Origin: the human T2T-CHM13v2.0 reference genome, Homo sapiens
Direction of reading: 5' to 3'
Assembly (NCBI GenBank): GCA_009914755.4
Contig: CP068257.2
Location: 12,256,001 to 12,320,000, forward strand
Length of the DNA stretch: 64,000 nt
In this document: piece after piece, positions 45,541-59,343 of the stretch
Layout: each line of letters starts with the position of its first letter
How positions within the stretch are numbered: the stretch's first letter is position 1
Position numbers and translations under genes: made by a program
The notes under the pieces: generated by a model
Seen by the model: only the letters and a program-made list of their open reading frames with translations
The model's database searches: none
Told to the model about the DNA's origin: nothing

Positions 45541-45660
45541 ATCAGATACAGTCTTGTTATGTTGCCCAGGCTGTTCTCAAATTCCTGGGATCAAGCAATC
45601 TTCCTGCATCAAACTCCCAAGTAGCAGGGACTACAGGTGTACACCACCACACTCAGCTAT
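45541..45660 (-). mobile_element. Alu monomer/FLAM-like fragment (antisense)
   Basis: CAGATACAGTCTTGTTATGTTGCCCAGGCTGTTCTCAAATTCCTGGGATCAAGCAATCTTCCTGCATCAAACTCCCAAGTAGCAGGGACTACAGGTGTACACCACCACACTCAGC. Confidence 0.6.
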
Positions 45661-48600
45661 TTTTCTACAATTTTTAATATTATTTTAGTCCCACTACAGA
45701 ACCAGTAATATAAGTAGAGAAACAATCTCTCCTAAAAACTATATGATACCAAAATAATAAGTTTCCAAGAACAAAAGCTATATGCTATGTGCTGAACCTT
45801 TTTGCAACTAAAAGTTACCAGGACACTCATATGATTTAAAAGTCAAAGTATTAGTGTTTATCCAAATAAAGCTTAATCAAATTTCATATTTCCTCTATTG
45901 GAGAAAGCATTTCCTAATGTGATTTTCCTGTCACTACTTATTTTCCAGTTCATTTTTTTTCAGCTCCTAACCTGTCACAGTACTTATCAATCTTTGTTAG
46001 TTACCAAAGTTAAACACATTTTTTCAATCAACTAGCCATATATATGTTTTTCTCTGACCCACTTTCCATTACCACCATAAAACAATGAAAGGTAAACCAC
46101 TGCTAAGTTTGAAAAGTAAATACTATGCAAAACTACATTCAGAGTGAGAAAATTAATTTTACAAGAGACCACTTTACCTTAGCAGCAATACTCAAGACTT
46201 TGTCATCCAATGCAGGCAATAAATCCACACACAGTTCATGGAAAATGCTTCAGAGCAAAAATACACAATGAAAATGAGCAAGTTGATTTCTTTACAATTT
46301 TTTAACTGTCAGTTTATATCCAGCTTCCCCCTCAAAAAAGGAAAGAATAATCTGGGGAAAGGTCAGTGATCTATATATTAAATTATGATTCTTGATATAA
46401 TTAAAATATGTCCTCTGTTCTAAAAATAGATTTTAGTTACATATTTCTGCCTCCACCTGTCTAAATCTATAAAATATTCAATGAAAACTAACCTTCAGCT
46501 TCATAACGAATAGTGACAGTCAATATATTGGCAGAGTCTAACAATAATTTGCCCTCACAAATTATCTGTCCTGAAGCTGAACTTAAAACTCAATTAATGG
46601 ACGACATAAATTCTGTTACCTAAACTGGAAGAAAATTGATGACCTAAAACAAGGTAGAAAGATCCAGTGTCTCTTTTCCATGATCTATCTCTGGTTATAA
46701 GACTAATCAGCATCACTTCAAAATGGCAGTCTTGATTCCTCAACATGGAACCCACTTACGAATGTCCTATTGCTTTGCCCTAAATTGGTACAGGAAATCC
46801 CATGCAATATTTGAAAGGTATGAAAGCCACATGTACAAAAATCAAATAACAAAGGTGTATGTTCTTATTGAGAATACTTTTCCCAGAAATATTAAAATAT
46901 TAACAATTATAAAATCCCATTATTTTCACTCTATAGGTCCTACTTTATTCAGGTCCACATAAACTAGCAAGCCCTTAAAAGTTTTCATAGGCACTCAGAC
47001 ACCCAAGGAGAGAGACTGCCAGAAAAACAGAGTCCTGGTAGTTGTACCTCTATTTCCCTAAGTACTATCTAAGTATCTGTCTTCCTATGGGCTCCCACTT
47101 CCAGATTCTACTTCTGCAGGGCTCCACAGAAGTCTCCAATCTTCAAATCTTCAGCCTATGAAAGCCCAGATTCCGGAAAGGATGGCCTCAAATGACCAGG
47201 AGTAGGAGCCCTCTATAACCCTGCTCCTGAAAAATAAGCCAACTGGACTCTCCATCACCTGCACCCAGCATAGACACACTACCAACTACCCAACTGAACT
47301 CCATGACTGGTTTGCCAGCCAATCATGCCCCTGACCCAGCCTACATGGACATGGGAAGGATATCAGTGAATCGGGAACAGAGGCAGAGGTGAAGAGGCCA
47401 CCTGTCCTGGGCCACACATCTATGTAGTCCAGCAATCTCCAGCCCCTTAGTACTCCAAGGGCTCTAAGCCACCCCTCTGAAAGTCAGGACAGAAGTAGAT
47501 GACACCACATTTCTATCTGCTGTAGACACTCCTCCCAGTGTCTCAAAATGTTTTAGCATCTTTCGGTAAAATTCTTCAAGTTTGTCAGTCCTTGATTTAA
47601 AAAAAAGGAGCAAACTTTTTAGAGCTCCCTTGAACTCTTTATCAAACTTCTCATAAACCCTAATATTTTGATCTCTTATTGAAGAGTCCATACTCCTATC
47701 CAATCCAGTGTTGTTTCTCTTCAAACTTGGCCTTCCCCTGCTCATTCCATTCTTATCTACTTCCATTGGGTTCACCAGCTAATTCCATTTTCATACCATC
47801 CACTGGGTGCACCGGACTCACTCCCATTTGTATTATTAAAGCACATGCAAATAGGATATAAAAAGAAGGAAGAGTACTGGGCCTTAAAATGAGTTCAAAT
47901 CTCATTTCTGCCAATTCCTGTGTCTAAAAAAAAAAGCATCCTAATCTCTTTGAGCCTCACATTCTCTGAGAATCACTTGACCAGAATGTTCAATACAGGT
48001 AAAAATACTAGAAAGTATTTTAATTCATTCTAAGATTCCTTAAAATTCTGTAATTCTATGTCCTCTTGATTCTGTCTATAGGAAAACTGGGAATACATAC
48101 CCAGCAAAATTTGAAAAAATAATAGAACAAAAGAAACAGCAAGAAAAGCAGAGAAGAAAAATCAAGACAAGATTATACAAAAGTCATGGAAAAAGAAACA
48201 AGACTTAAAAAAGTATTATGGAAGTAGCAGAAATACTTGCCTAAATGGAAAACCAAACTGGGAAGTCAAATGATTTCTCTCTAAGACTTGCCTAAACTTG
48301 CTTTTGTAAAACTTACAGTCCTATGGACAAAGCTAAGTCAGATCTGCCCTAAAGCCTTTGATGGTAAAAATAAGATACTGGCTACCACTGAAATTGTCAA
48401 ATTTATTAGGACAAACTCTTCGACTAACCACATTTCTAACAATACTTTAAATGAGAGTTTAAGGTATTTAAGGTATTTAAACTCTCATTAATTTAGAGAT
48501 TAATTAAATTAATGAATCTGATTAATCTGATTCAGACCTATACCTTGATCCAAGTGCTGCACGGATGTCTACCAATCTATGCTGAGGAGCAAGAGAAGGG

Positions 48601-48962
48601 ATTTGGAAGCCAGGCAGGCTGACGGTCAAACTGTAGGCCAGCTGCTTTGTTAACTATGAGTTTATAAGGCAATTAATCAACTGCTGTAATCCATAGTTGT
48701 TTATTTAATAAACAGTAGGTTATAGGAACACAGATGTTGTGATGGCTTTATGAGATGATAAATGCATAGAAGATATTAGGATGTCTAGCCCAGAATACAA
48801 CACTCAACAGATATTAGTTTCTTCCATCTATATTTTCTTAGTTAACATAATTTTTTAAATCTATAAAATCCTGACTGCAGACTCATCAGAACTTCCAACA
48901 TCTATTAAAGAAAAAGGTAGAATGCATTTTAAATCAATAATAAATGTACAGAATATTAAAAG

Positions 48963-49090
48963 CATAACAATGCACAGTGATGCATGCCTGTAATCCAAAC
49001 TGCTTGGGAGGATGAGGCAGGAGGATCACTTGAGGAATCTAGAAGTTTGAGACCAGCTTGGGAAACATAGTAAGACACTACCTTCATAAA
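48963..49090 (+). mobile_element. Alu left-arm fragment (sense)
   Basis: ATGCACAGTGATGCATGCCTGTAATCCAAACTGCTTGGGAGGATGAGGCAGGAGGATCACTTGAGGAATCTAGAAGTTTGAGACCAGCTTGGGAAACATAGTAAGACACTACCTTCATAAAAAAAAA. Confidence 0.7.
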
Positions 49091-51305
49091 AAAAAATTGT
49101 GCACACTTGTGTGTATGCTTTAGATCCTGTTTTTGTTGTTGTTGGTGGTGGTGGTTTTGTTTTGGTTTGTTTTTTAAAAGCATAAGACTGATGCTTTGTT
49201 ACAAATAATTCCTTTGGGAGCATGCCTGGGACCTTATTAGAATTAACATTAATTTTACCTATTGGTAGGTAATTCATGCAGTAAGAACTCTTCCCTTTGT
49301 ATTTATTAGATGCAAAGAAGAATAACTTTATTAAAATTTGGTATCTACAAGTGAACTGCAGTTTACAAGTCATCCTAGCCAAACCCTATGAGATTGAGTA
49401 AAGATGTTATTGTTAGCAGAACAGGTGTGATGAGTCAACAGTGTCAAAGAGAATGATTTCTGGACCAAAATATGAGGAGCAGTTAAAACAGAGGATACAG
49501 TAGTACCCCTTATCCACTATATGTGAGCAAAGACATACTTGACATGTTTTTCTCTGCTCTCACACCACAGCAACAATCATCAACAAAGAAGGCTTCTGTG
49601 ACCAAATGTGTGGAGAGTTTTCCCCACCAACAAGCAAGCAATCATTCCTGCTGATGGCACAATTCAATTCTCACACCCTATCTTCAGATTACATCAGATT
49701 TAATTTATAAATTAAACTTTATCATAGATATGTATGTATAGGAAAAAACAGTTTGTGATTCAGTACTATTCATGGTTTCTTGCATCCACTGGGGGTCTTG
49801 GAATGTATCTCCCACAATTAAGGGGGAACTACTGCACTTATTTTGTTATAACACAACACAGCCTCTCTAGCTCTTCAGTTCAAACTGTTCAGTTTAGGAT
49901 AAAACACCCTATCACCAGAAGCCAGGAAAACATAGGAATCAGACCAGAAACAGGAATCCTTGCAAAAACTTTCCAGCTGCCAGTGGAGAAGATCTCAAGA
50001 GAGATCACTGTGTTACTCTGGCTAATACTCTTCTGGGGAAGGTGCTGGGTGGTTTCCTTAGTTGTAGCTATTTGCTCTGCCCTACATATAACAAGGCCCA
50101 TGTTCACCTGCCATTTTACCTCCCACAGAAAGAACCACTGGAAAGATCACTCCTTTAAGAGCTTATCCACATTCAGAGAGAAGCTGAAGAAACACTGGGG
50201 AGGTGTGGCAGGGTGCTGGGCAGTATTATCTCATGTGAAAAATATATAGAAAGAAAACTATCAATGCCCTTTTACTACCGGAATGTTCCAATGCTTGCCG
50301 TTCTCCCTAGTAGGAGAAAAAAATTCTTTTTCACCTCACATAAAGCAAAACTCCCTTGCCATCCCTCATAACAGAATCTAGTTGTAGGTGAGTCATGTCA
50401 TCATAATACAGGCTGTTGTCAACCTCATCCCTCAAAGGAAGAGGATCAGTGAGGAACATATGTATTTACCTATAGCATTCACTGCCTGGTCTTATTTCCA
50501 ACCGAAGGTAAGTATGAAAGACTGTGTGATTCCAGTTTTATAAAGTACAACCCCTTGCGCTTGTCCCCTTCCATTGCTAGACAGTGTATCTGGACCCACC
50601 TCACAGAGCAAGATGCTCCAGTTTGTGCTGTGTGGTACGGCATGGTGTCCTTTTCCTCAACCCTTTCCATTATGTGCCAAATATCTATACAAATCATGTT
50701 TTCTAAGTATGTAAAGCATACCTCATCAGCATATATCATTCTTTACAATGATAAAGAAGCAAAAGAAAAACAAAAGGACAAAGAGCATCTTAAATGACTA
50801 CCTTCAATTGTCATGGAGCTTTAATTTTCTTAATATTCAAAAATATATCCACAGTATTATTCCAACTATGTGACTCTTCTGAAAAAAGTAAAACTATGAA
50901 GACAGAGTAAACATCAATGGCTGCCACGAGTTGCTAGGGAGAAAGGGAGAGATGAACAGGCATAGCATAGAGAATTTTTAGGGCAGTGAAACTGTTCTGT
51001 CAATAATATAACAGTAATAGATACATGTCATGTCATTATACATTTGTCCAAATTCACAGACTGTACAGCATCAAGAGTGAAGCCTGATGTAAACTATGAA
51101 CTTTGAGTGATTATAAAGTGTCAATGTAAGTTCATCAGTTGTAACAAATGTACCACACTCTGGTGGAAAATACTAATAATGGGGGAGGCTATGCATGTGT
51201 TGGAGGCATGGAATATACAAGAAATCTCTGTACCTTCCCTCAATTTTGCTGTGAACCTAAAACTGCTCTAAGAAATAAAGTTATTGATTTAAAAAAGATA
51301 TTCAC

Positions 51306-51600
<295 letters not shown>

Positions 51601-51656
51601 TATTCACTGTTTATGCAACCCAGGATCTCCAGAACAATAATTAAAATAATAATTTA

Positions 51657-52025
<369 letters not shown>

Positions 52026-53431
52026 CTAAAAATTAGAGATCATTGAAGACCAAAGTAACAGCATGTGGTCATTATATTTCTCAAATTGAAGTATATGAAA
52101 TATATAAAATAAATAAATTTAATTGCATGCTTAGGTAAGAAAATATTGATAAAAATGATGGAATACTTTATCTTATAATCATAGAGGGATTTAACACAAT
52201 ATGAAAACTAGATTATTCATGTAATCAAAATAAAATACAATTTTTATTCTAATTTTAACTCAGAAATTATTATGCTTATTTAATTCAACAATTTTACTGA
52301 AAGCTTAATGAGATAAAAAGGACAGATTATAATTACCTAACATTGCTATGGTAACTTATATGCAAATACCTGTTAGTCACCAAAAGTCAAAAAGTAACCA
52401 GCATTGCAACTTAAGATGGATCATACAACAGAAATTAGTACCAAGTTACCTTATCTTATAATATTATGTGTTATTAAAATAAAATTTTAAAACAACACCA
52501 AAAATTAAATTGGGGCTATAAGCGTTGGGCAGAAAAGATTTCATATAGCAGGAAAGAGACTGCCATCCTTAGAAAGGCCTGCATGCAAGGCTGGCCCTTG
52601 GCTGGTGTTAAGGAAATTGGAATTGGGAGGGTTTCCACCATTCCCTGAGAAGAGTGGCTCACTGTGTCTAAAGTGTTTATAGAAACAGTGTGGTTACTCT
52701 GAACATCTGCTTTCCTTGTAAGAGTCTGGAATTTGGGTACATGTAAGGGAGAGTAATTTCCACAGAAAAACTTGGATACTTCATCTCTAATGAGACTCTG
52801 GTACTGGTAGACATCACTGCACATACGCTGTCAAAATGTGAGCCTGGGAGAATTAAGCAGATCCCGGGCACTCCACAGGAGAGAACTCCTGGAGGCTTGT
52901 GCCTGGTTTCCTCCAGAATTGACCACAAGCACCTTTTTCCTCTACTAATTTTGCTTGTCCCCTTTCTTGTAATCAATTAAAGATCTGAGTATGACTATTT
53001 GCTGAGTCCTGTGAGTCCTTCTAGTGAACCACCAAACCTGGGGTGGTCTTGGGAAACCTTGACACAAATACATTGTGTAAGATTTGTATTAAGTTGATAT
53101 GATATATGTAACTGTAATCAGATGGCTATTTCACAGAATAATTTTTCCTAAACTGTTTTTCTTTTCTTTTTTCCCCTTGATATTTGACTTTGAGATTCTT
53201 GTATTTCTATATCTATCCACAGGAATAAAGCCATAAAAGGAATAAATGACACAATAATGTCAGAAAATAATGTGGAATAAGCAGCAATCCTATTTAAACC
53301 GAATAAAAAATAGGGAATCTGGGTGATTGACAATATGTTCCATAATATGAATGTTTCTAGAAAAAATAATGAAAAGGTGGTCAATTTTCTGCAACTCAAC
53401 TGGGCTTAATTCCTTTTTATAATAATTGTGC

Positions 53432-53785
53432 AGGTCAGGTGCAGTGGCTCTCACCTGTAAATCCCAGCATTTTGGGAGGATGAGGCAGGAGGATCACTTG
53501 AGCCCAGAAGTTCCAGACCAGCCTGGGCAATATAGTGAGACCTCATATATTAAACAAAAAATGAAAAACAAAAAAACCTTAAAAAGAAAATTAGCCAAGT
53601 GTGGTGGTGCATGCCTGGAGTCCCAGCTACTTGGGAGGCTAAGGTGAAAGGTGAAAGGATAATTTAAGGCCAGGAAGCAGAAGTTGCAGTGAGCCAAGAT
53701 GGCACCACTGCACTCCAGTGTAGAGCAACAGAGGGAACAGAGGGAACAGAGGGAAACACTGTATCAAAAATAAATAAATAAACAA
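53432..53785 (+). mobile_element. Alu (sense) followed by a partial Alu right arm at about 53797-53950
   Basis: CAGGTCAGGTGCAGTGGCTCTCACCTGTAAATCCCAGCATTTTGGGAGGATGAGGCAGGAGGATCACTTGAGCCCAGAAGTTCCAGACCAGCCTGGGCAATATAGTGAGACC ... GCCAAGTGTGGTGGTGCATGCCTGGAGTCCCAGCTACTTGGGAGGCTAAGGTGAAAGG ... CACTCCAGTGTAGAGCAACAGAGGGAACAGAGGGAACAGAGGGAAACACTGTATCAAAAATAAATAAATAAAC. After that comes CTGTAGTCCCAGCTACTCAGGAAGATGAGGTAGGAGGACTGCTTGAGCCCAGGAGTTCAAGGCTACAGTGAGCTATG. Confidence 0.8.
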
Positions 53786-54239
53786 TTGTGTATCAGGCCA
53801 GATATAACCATACAAAACTGTAGTCCCAGCTACTCAGGAAGATGAGGTAGGAGGACTGCTTGAGCCCAGGAGTTCAAGGCTACAGTGAGCTATGTTTGCA
53901 CCAATGAATAGACACTTTATTCTAGCCTAGGCAACATAGAGAGACCCCATCTCCTATAATAATTGATTAATTGTGCATCATTCAAGTAAATTGTATAACT
54001 GGAGAAAAACATATGACTATTGAATATACCATAATAGTCTACTACTGATCATAGAGTTCCTGTTTACTTGCTTCTAATCTTTTTCTTTGTTTCTTATAAA
54101 ACTAAAAACATGATTCACCCATTAAAGGCAGTTCATTACAGAACAAGTCAAAAAGCCAGAAGAATGGCATCCAAACTGTAGATGTGTTATCTACCACTCC
54201 CCGCAAACAGTTGGATTTGGTCATTAAGAATCAGCAGGA

Positions 54240-54340
54240 CTTTTAACTTGGTGTCTGTGTGCACATGCGTGTGCACATATGTATGTGTATATGTGCATGT
54301 GCATGTGTCTATGTGTATGTGTATAAACTATGACAGATAA
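54240..54340. repeat. Impure (TG/CA)n-rich low-complexity microsatellite
   Basis: GTGTCTGTGTGCACATGCGTGTGCACATATGTATGTGTATATGTGCATGTGCATGTGTCTATGTGTATGTGTAT. Confidence 0.7.
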
Positions 54341-57300
54341 AACCATTTTGCTTGTGTAAGAATATGTAATATAAGTTGTGCTTCTCATGAAGGAATTGCT
54401 TTTCTGTCTCCTGTGCTCAGTAGCTATCCTCAAAAAATAATCTCTTATTTGTATGGGTGCATGCTGGTTCAGTTTTACAGTTCGTATTGCCATTTATTTA
54501 TGGTACCAGAAAGGGATTGCTGAGTTCCTGGTTCTAAAGATAGTTACTTTCTTAGTGACACAAATCAATATGTAATACAGTTCGCCCTTCAACAGCAAGG
54601 GTTTCAACTGCAGCGATTCACTTATATGCTGATGTTTTTCTGCCTTTGCAACCCAGAGACAGCAAGATCCACCTGTCCTCTTCCTCCTCAGCCTAATCAA
54701 CCTGAAGATCTTGAAGACCTTTGTCAGGATCTACTTATGCTTTATGAGAAGTCAATATATCATTCCTGATGATTTTCTTTTTAACAGCTTCATTTCTCTA
54801 GCTTACTTTATTGCAAGAACACAGTATATAATAATGCACCACAAACAAAATAGGTGTCTATCAACTGCTTATGTTATCAGGAAGGCTCCCAGTCAATGGT
54901 GGGCTATTAGTAGCTAAGGTGAAGGAATCAAAAGTTATACTCAGATTTTCAACTGCACAGGGATCAGAGTCCCTCACCCCCACATTATTCATGGGTCAAC
55001 TGTAATTATTTGTTTACTAAATATAAACAATTTATTATAAAAATGAAATAGAAGATCCATTTGTATATCAAGTCCAATTTGTTATAATGTGACTATAGAG
55101 GAAACATACAACATACTAACTTAAAAATCTTTTTTCTTATTTATGCAGAAATATTATATAGGATTTTAGGGATCATAATTAAATAAAGGAATTTTTTCAG
55201 ACAATAATGTTTGAGATTATAAGTTAGCTACAACTACCTTCTTAAATAAATCTGAATTTCAAAATAAAGAAGTTAAATTTTAAAAATTAATTTACATATG
55301 TATATACATATATGCACATTTAATTTACATATATTTTTAAACTGGTCTTTTTTTATTAACACTACCTTAATCTTACATCTTACTTTTTACTTTCTTATCA
55401 AGAGTAGGACCACCAAGAGAAATAAGAAATTCACTATCAGAAGTCTTACCTGGTTTGTCATTTTTAAGTATCATCTTTTTATGTTCCAAAATTTGTTGTT
55501 GAATTCTATGTATACAAAAGTAATAAATAAAATTGCTATTTTAATACTGAAATAAAAAATATTTACCAAACATATTAAATTCTAAAACCATTTCAGGCAA
55601 TATCAGACCTAATATCAGAATTTTAATGTCCCATACACTTCAAATTTTTAAACCTTACAAGCTTATTAAGCTTATAATTAAAGAAGAAAAAAAGTGAAGT
55701 ACTCATAAATGGAGGAAGCATAGCTCAGTAAATGAACTCTAGTTAGCTGGACATCATGTAACATGTCCTGCACTCAGAATAAGTCCTCACTCTGTAACTA
55801 ATAGATATTTTGTTTTCAGACAAGTTGCTTCTCTTAGGCTCCCTGTTTTTTTCTAAAAAAGGATTTTGCTACCTTACTTCAGTAGGTTGTTAGGAAGATG
55901 TAATAAGATTACATGTTTAAATGTTCAGGAAATAGTAAAGCAATGGAATGATTTATTCTTGAACTTTATTGCTTGGTGTGTGTTTTTCTATAAGTTCTAA
56001 TATTCAATTGTTGCAGTTTTCAGAAAATGTTATTAAGTGCTAATTTTGGTTATTAGTTGTATTCTTTGTGGCTTGTAATTCAGGGCATTTTACCTAATTC
56101 ATAACTAATCTGATTAAAATAGATTACCTAATTGTCTCCCATCACTGAGCTCATCAATCACACCAAAGGCAGAAAACTAATAGGTGTCAAAACCTGGGCT
56201 TGGACAACTACCACTCCTTCTCTACCTCCTCAAACTCTGAGCCAGCAGATCTGTGCTAGGACGCTGGATCTCCATGGTCCTCTCCAACAAACAGATGAGA
56301 CAAAACCCTGCTTTTATTGTTTTTCAGTTCCATGAAGGAAATGCAAGTTGACATTTTGTCATTTCCAAGACATGTAGTAGCAACAAGTAACATCCCCTTA
56401 TTACTCAGCTCTGTTCTCATTTCAGAGATCACCTTACATCAATAGTTTTATAGTGATAATCACAATTTCAATATTGGGTGTCTTCTGTTTTGGTTTCACT
56501 CACACTGCTTCCTTGGAGCTACTCAACAAATAGTCAAATGACCTTCCCGGGACTATGCAAAATATGGAATGCTTTCTGAATTTGTGTGCCATCCCTAGGC
56601 AGCAGCCATGCTTACCTGCTCTGTATTGATCCAATTTTTAAATATGTGCTGCTGAAACAAGTACAAAGCCCTGTTTGATACATGGATACTCATGAGTTAT
56701 GGATGAGGCTTAGCTCTGTTAAATCCAACTCACTGACTTTAGATTCAGATAATTTTATTGAATGGCTTCCTGTGAGGTAGAATTTTAAAATATATTTAAA
56801 ACTCCTGGAAGAGTTGTGATTAGCCCAGGAGATTTTCATTATCATAGAGACACATTACTTGAGGGGCCAATTGCAAGTTGGTTCCCACTACTCGGTGGAA
56901 AGATAACATGGAACCTTCTGCTATCTAACCAAAGCTGCTCCACAGGATGTAAAAAAGCCTCAAGGTACAGATCTGATAGCAAAAGAGAAAGGGAACCCTA
57001 ATCTCTTCCTGCAAAATTATTTGAACATCCCTGACTGTTGAGAGCAATCCCAACTAATATTGGTTAAAGAACAGACAAACACGGGTCTCATAGGATAACT
57101 TACCATGAATGCCTAGGCTAAGTCTAGCTAAGATGTGGGCTCCAAATAAGGTTTTTAGTGTAGGGTGAGGATCAACTTGCTCGATATTTGTGTGGGTAAA
57201 GCTAGGAGGCCTAGCTGCCAGATCAGGGTGCTGGGAACAATGACTGAGCATAAGTACATAAATTAATAAACCCCCTAGCTTTGAACTCTATGTATGAATC

Positions 57301-57610
57301 ACCACAAAAACTGAGGGGTCTGAATGAGTGAAGGCATCCTGGTGGCAAAGGTCAAACATTATCAGATTGCAGGACTGGTTACAATGGCAAAAATACAGGA
57401 ATTGAGTCCATGGAAACAACAGAATGATCAGAATGGCCTTTTTCCCCCTTCTTCTGACTTGTAAAGGAAGATTGCCTTCCTTGGGCTTAGGAAACCCCTT
57501 AGCTTCTTGGAAAATCCAAAGAAGGAAGACACAGGAGATAGCCCCAGGAGAAAATACAAGATTTTCTGCTAAATTGGACATTTCAAGACCCAATAACTAA
57601 TTAGAAAAGT

Positions 57611-57735
57611 CAGGCCAGGCATGGTGGCTAGCACTGTGAGAGGCCGAGGCAGGTGGATTACTTGAGCTCAGGAGTTCAAGACCAGCCAGGGCAACAGAGT
57701 GAGACCTTGTTTCAAGGAAAAAAAAAGAAAAGAAA
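57611..57735 (+). mobile_element. Alu monomer-like fragment with an A/GA-rich tail
   Basis: GGCCAGGCATGGTGGCTAGCACTGTGAGAGGCCGAGGCAGGTGGATTACTTGAGCTCAGGAGTTCAAGACCAGCCAGGGCAACAGAGTGAGACCTTGTTTCAAGGAAAAAAAAAGAAAAGAAAAGAAAGG. Confidence 0.6.
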
Positions 57736-58041
57736 AGAAAGGAAAAGAAGTAAAAAATGTGGCTCTTTTTATCCCATGCATGGGGATTATACTTAGAATA
57801 AAATGAACAACATTGAGATCCCTAGGGATAAAGGTCTTAAAAATCCTGAAAACATCTTGCACTCTACTTCTAACTAATCTAGACTTCTGCTTGATTTCTG
57901 GCTAAAAGGTAGACTAACTCATTGCTATTTCAAACCATCTGAACAAAACTAGGAACTCTCACCTAATGTATAAGATGGAATAGTTGCAATTATTTTAAAC
58001 TTCAATTCAATATTAACTGGCCTTTTAACATAAACACTTAC

Positions 58042-58179
58042 TTTGTCAAACGGCAAGAAATAGCGTAATCTTCTGCATCTTGTCCATACATGTCTTGAGT
58101 AAAGACATTAATATTTTGCTTAAGAAGGATGTTGACAATACCCGGTGAGTCATAGTGCACAGCAAGCATGAGGGCTGTT
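58042..58179 (-). CDS. ANK-repeat exon of the ANKRD26-family gene ((a)TALMLAVHYDSPGIVNILLKQNINVFTQDMYGQDAEDYAISCRLTK plus 2 nt)
   Basis: The acceptor is ctttgttattttag|A, with the exon starting at 58179. The donor is GACAAA|gtaagt, with the exon ending at 58042. The exon is 138 nt, phase 2 to 2. By recall it is homologous to the ANKRD26 ANK repeat ..KCTALMLAVCHGSSEIVGMLLQQNVDVFAADICGVTAEHYAVTCGFHH... Confidence 0.7.
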
Positions 58180-58664
58180 CTAAAATAACAAAGAAATCAC
58201 TCCACTCAAGAACTTTAATAAAGACTTTTTTAAACAGCTAGTTTGATACACTTTACCAATTTAATATCCACCTGTCAGTGTAGACATAATAACATTTTGC
58301 ATGTACTAGCTTGGGTCTATAAGCATCTAGGGTTCTCAGGTGTTCATCTTTATAAATTGTCACCAAGGCTAAAAGAAAAGGACAACAAGGAAGGCTCTTG
58401 TCCCACTGGGGTAAGACATAATACAAGTTGCTAACTCATAGTCCTTTGATAGCCAAGAAACTGTGCTGAGGTCACTTATCTAAAGTAGGTAAAGATTTAG
58501 ATGAAGATTTCCCCATTGCTTTCCTAGTCTGATATACTGTAATTTATATCAGCTAGGGGTCAGATAAGAGCTATCTGCAGACTGAAAACGACAACAACAA
58601 TGATGATGATGACAATACTAGTAGTCATAAACTAAAAGTCCACACTTTAAAAATAAATAAAACT

Positions 58665-59078
<414 letters not shown>

Positions 59079-59220
59079 TTACTCAGTCCAAATATTTGCT
59101 GATCTATCTGATTATTCATGGTGATATTTTTCACTATATGCCAGTAATTATATTAATCTTCTTATTAATATTTCTGACTTGAGTGACTGTTACCACTCTA
59201 GAATACTCAGGTTTTATTTA

Positions 59221-59343
<123 letters not shown>

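Noticed and set aside
49734-50249. A 171-aa + strand ORF (MYRKKQFVIQYYSWFLASTGGLGMYLPQLRGNY...)
   Set aside because: It is in the opposite orientation to the host gene, with no splice context or recognisable domain. The 5' end (..TTCATGGTTTCTTGCATCCACTGGGGGTCTTGGAATGTATCTCCCACAATTAAGGGGGAACTACTG) looks like a DNA-transposon (Tigger/MER-like) terminal region, so the ORF is probably repeat-derived or chance.
52500-53060. Possible LTR/ERV-like repeat that gives two minus-strand ORFs (52516-52824, 52677-52976)
   Set aside because: I could not match it to a repeat family from memory, and there is no coding homology. It is left unannotated and needs RepeatMasker.
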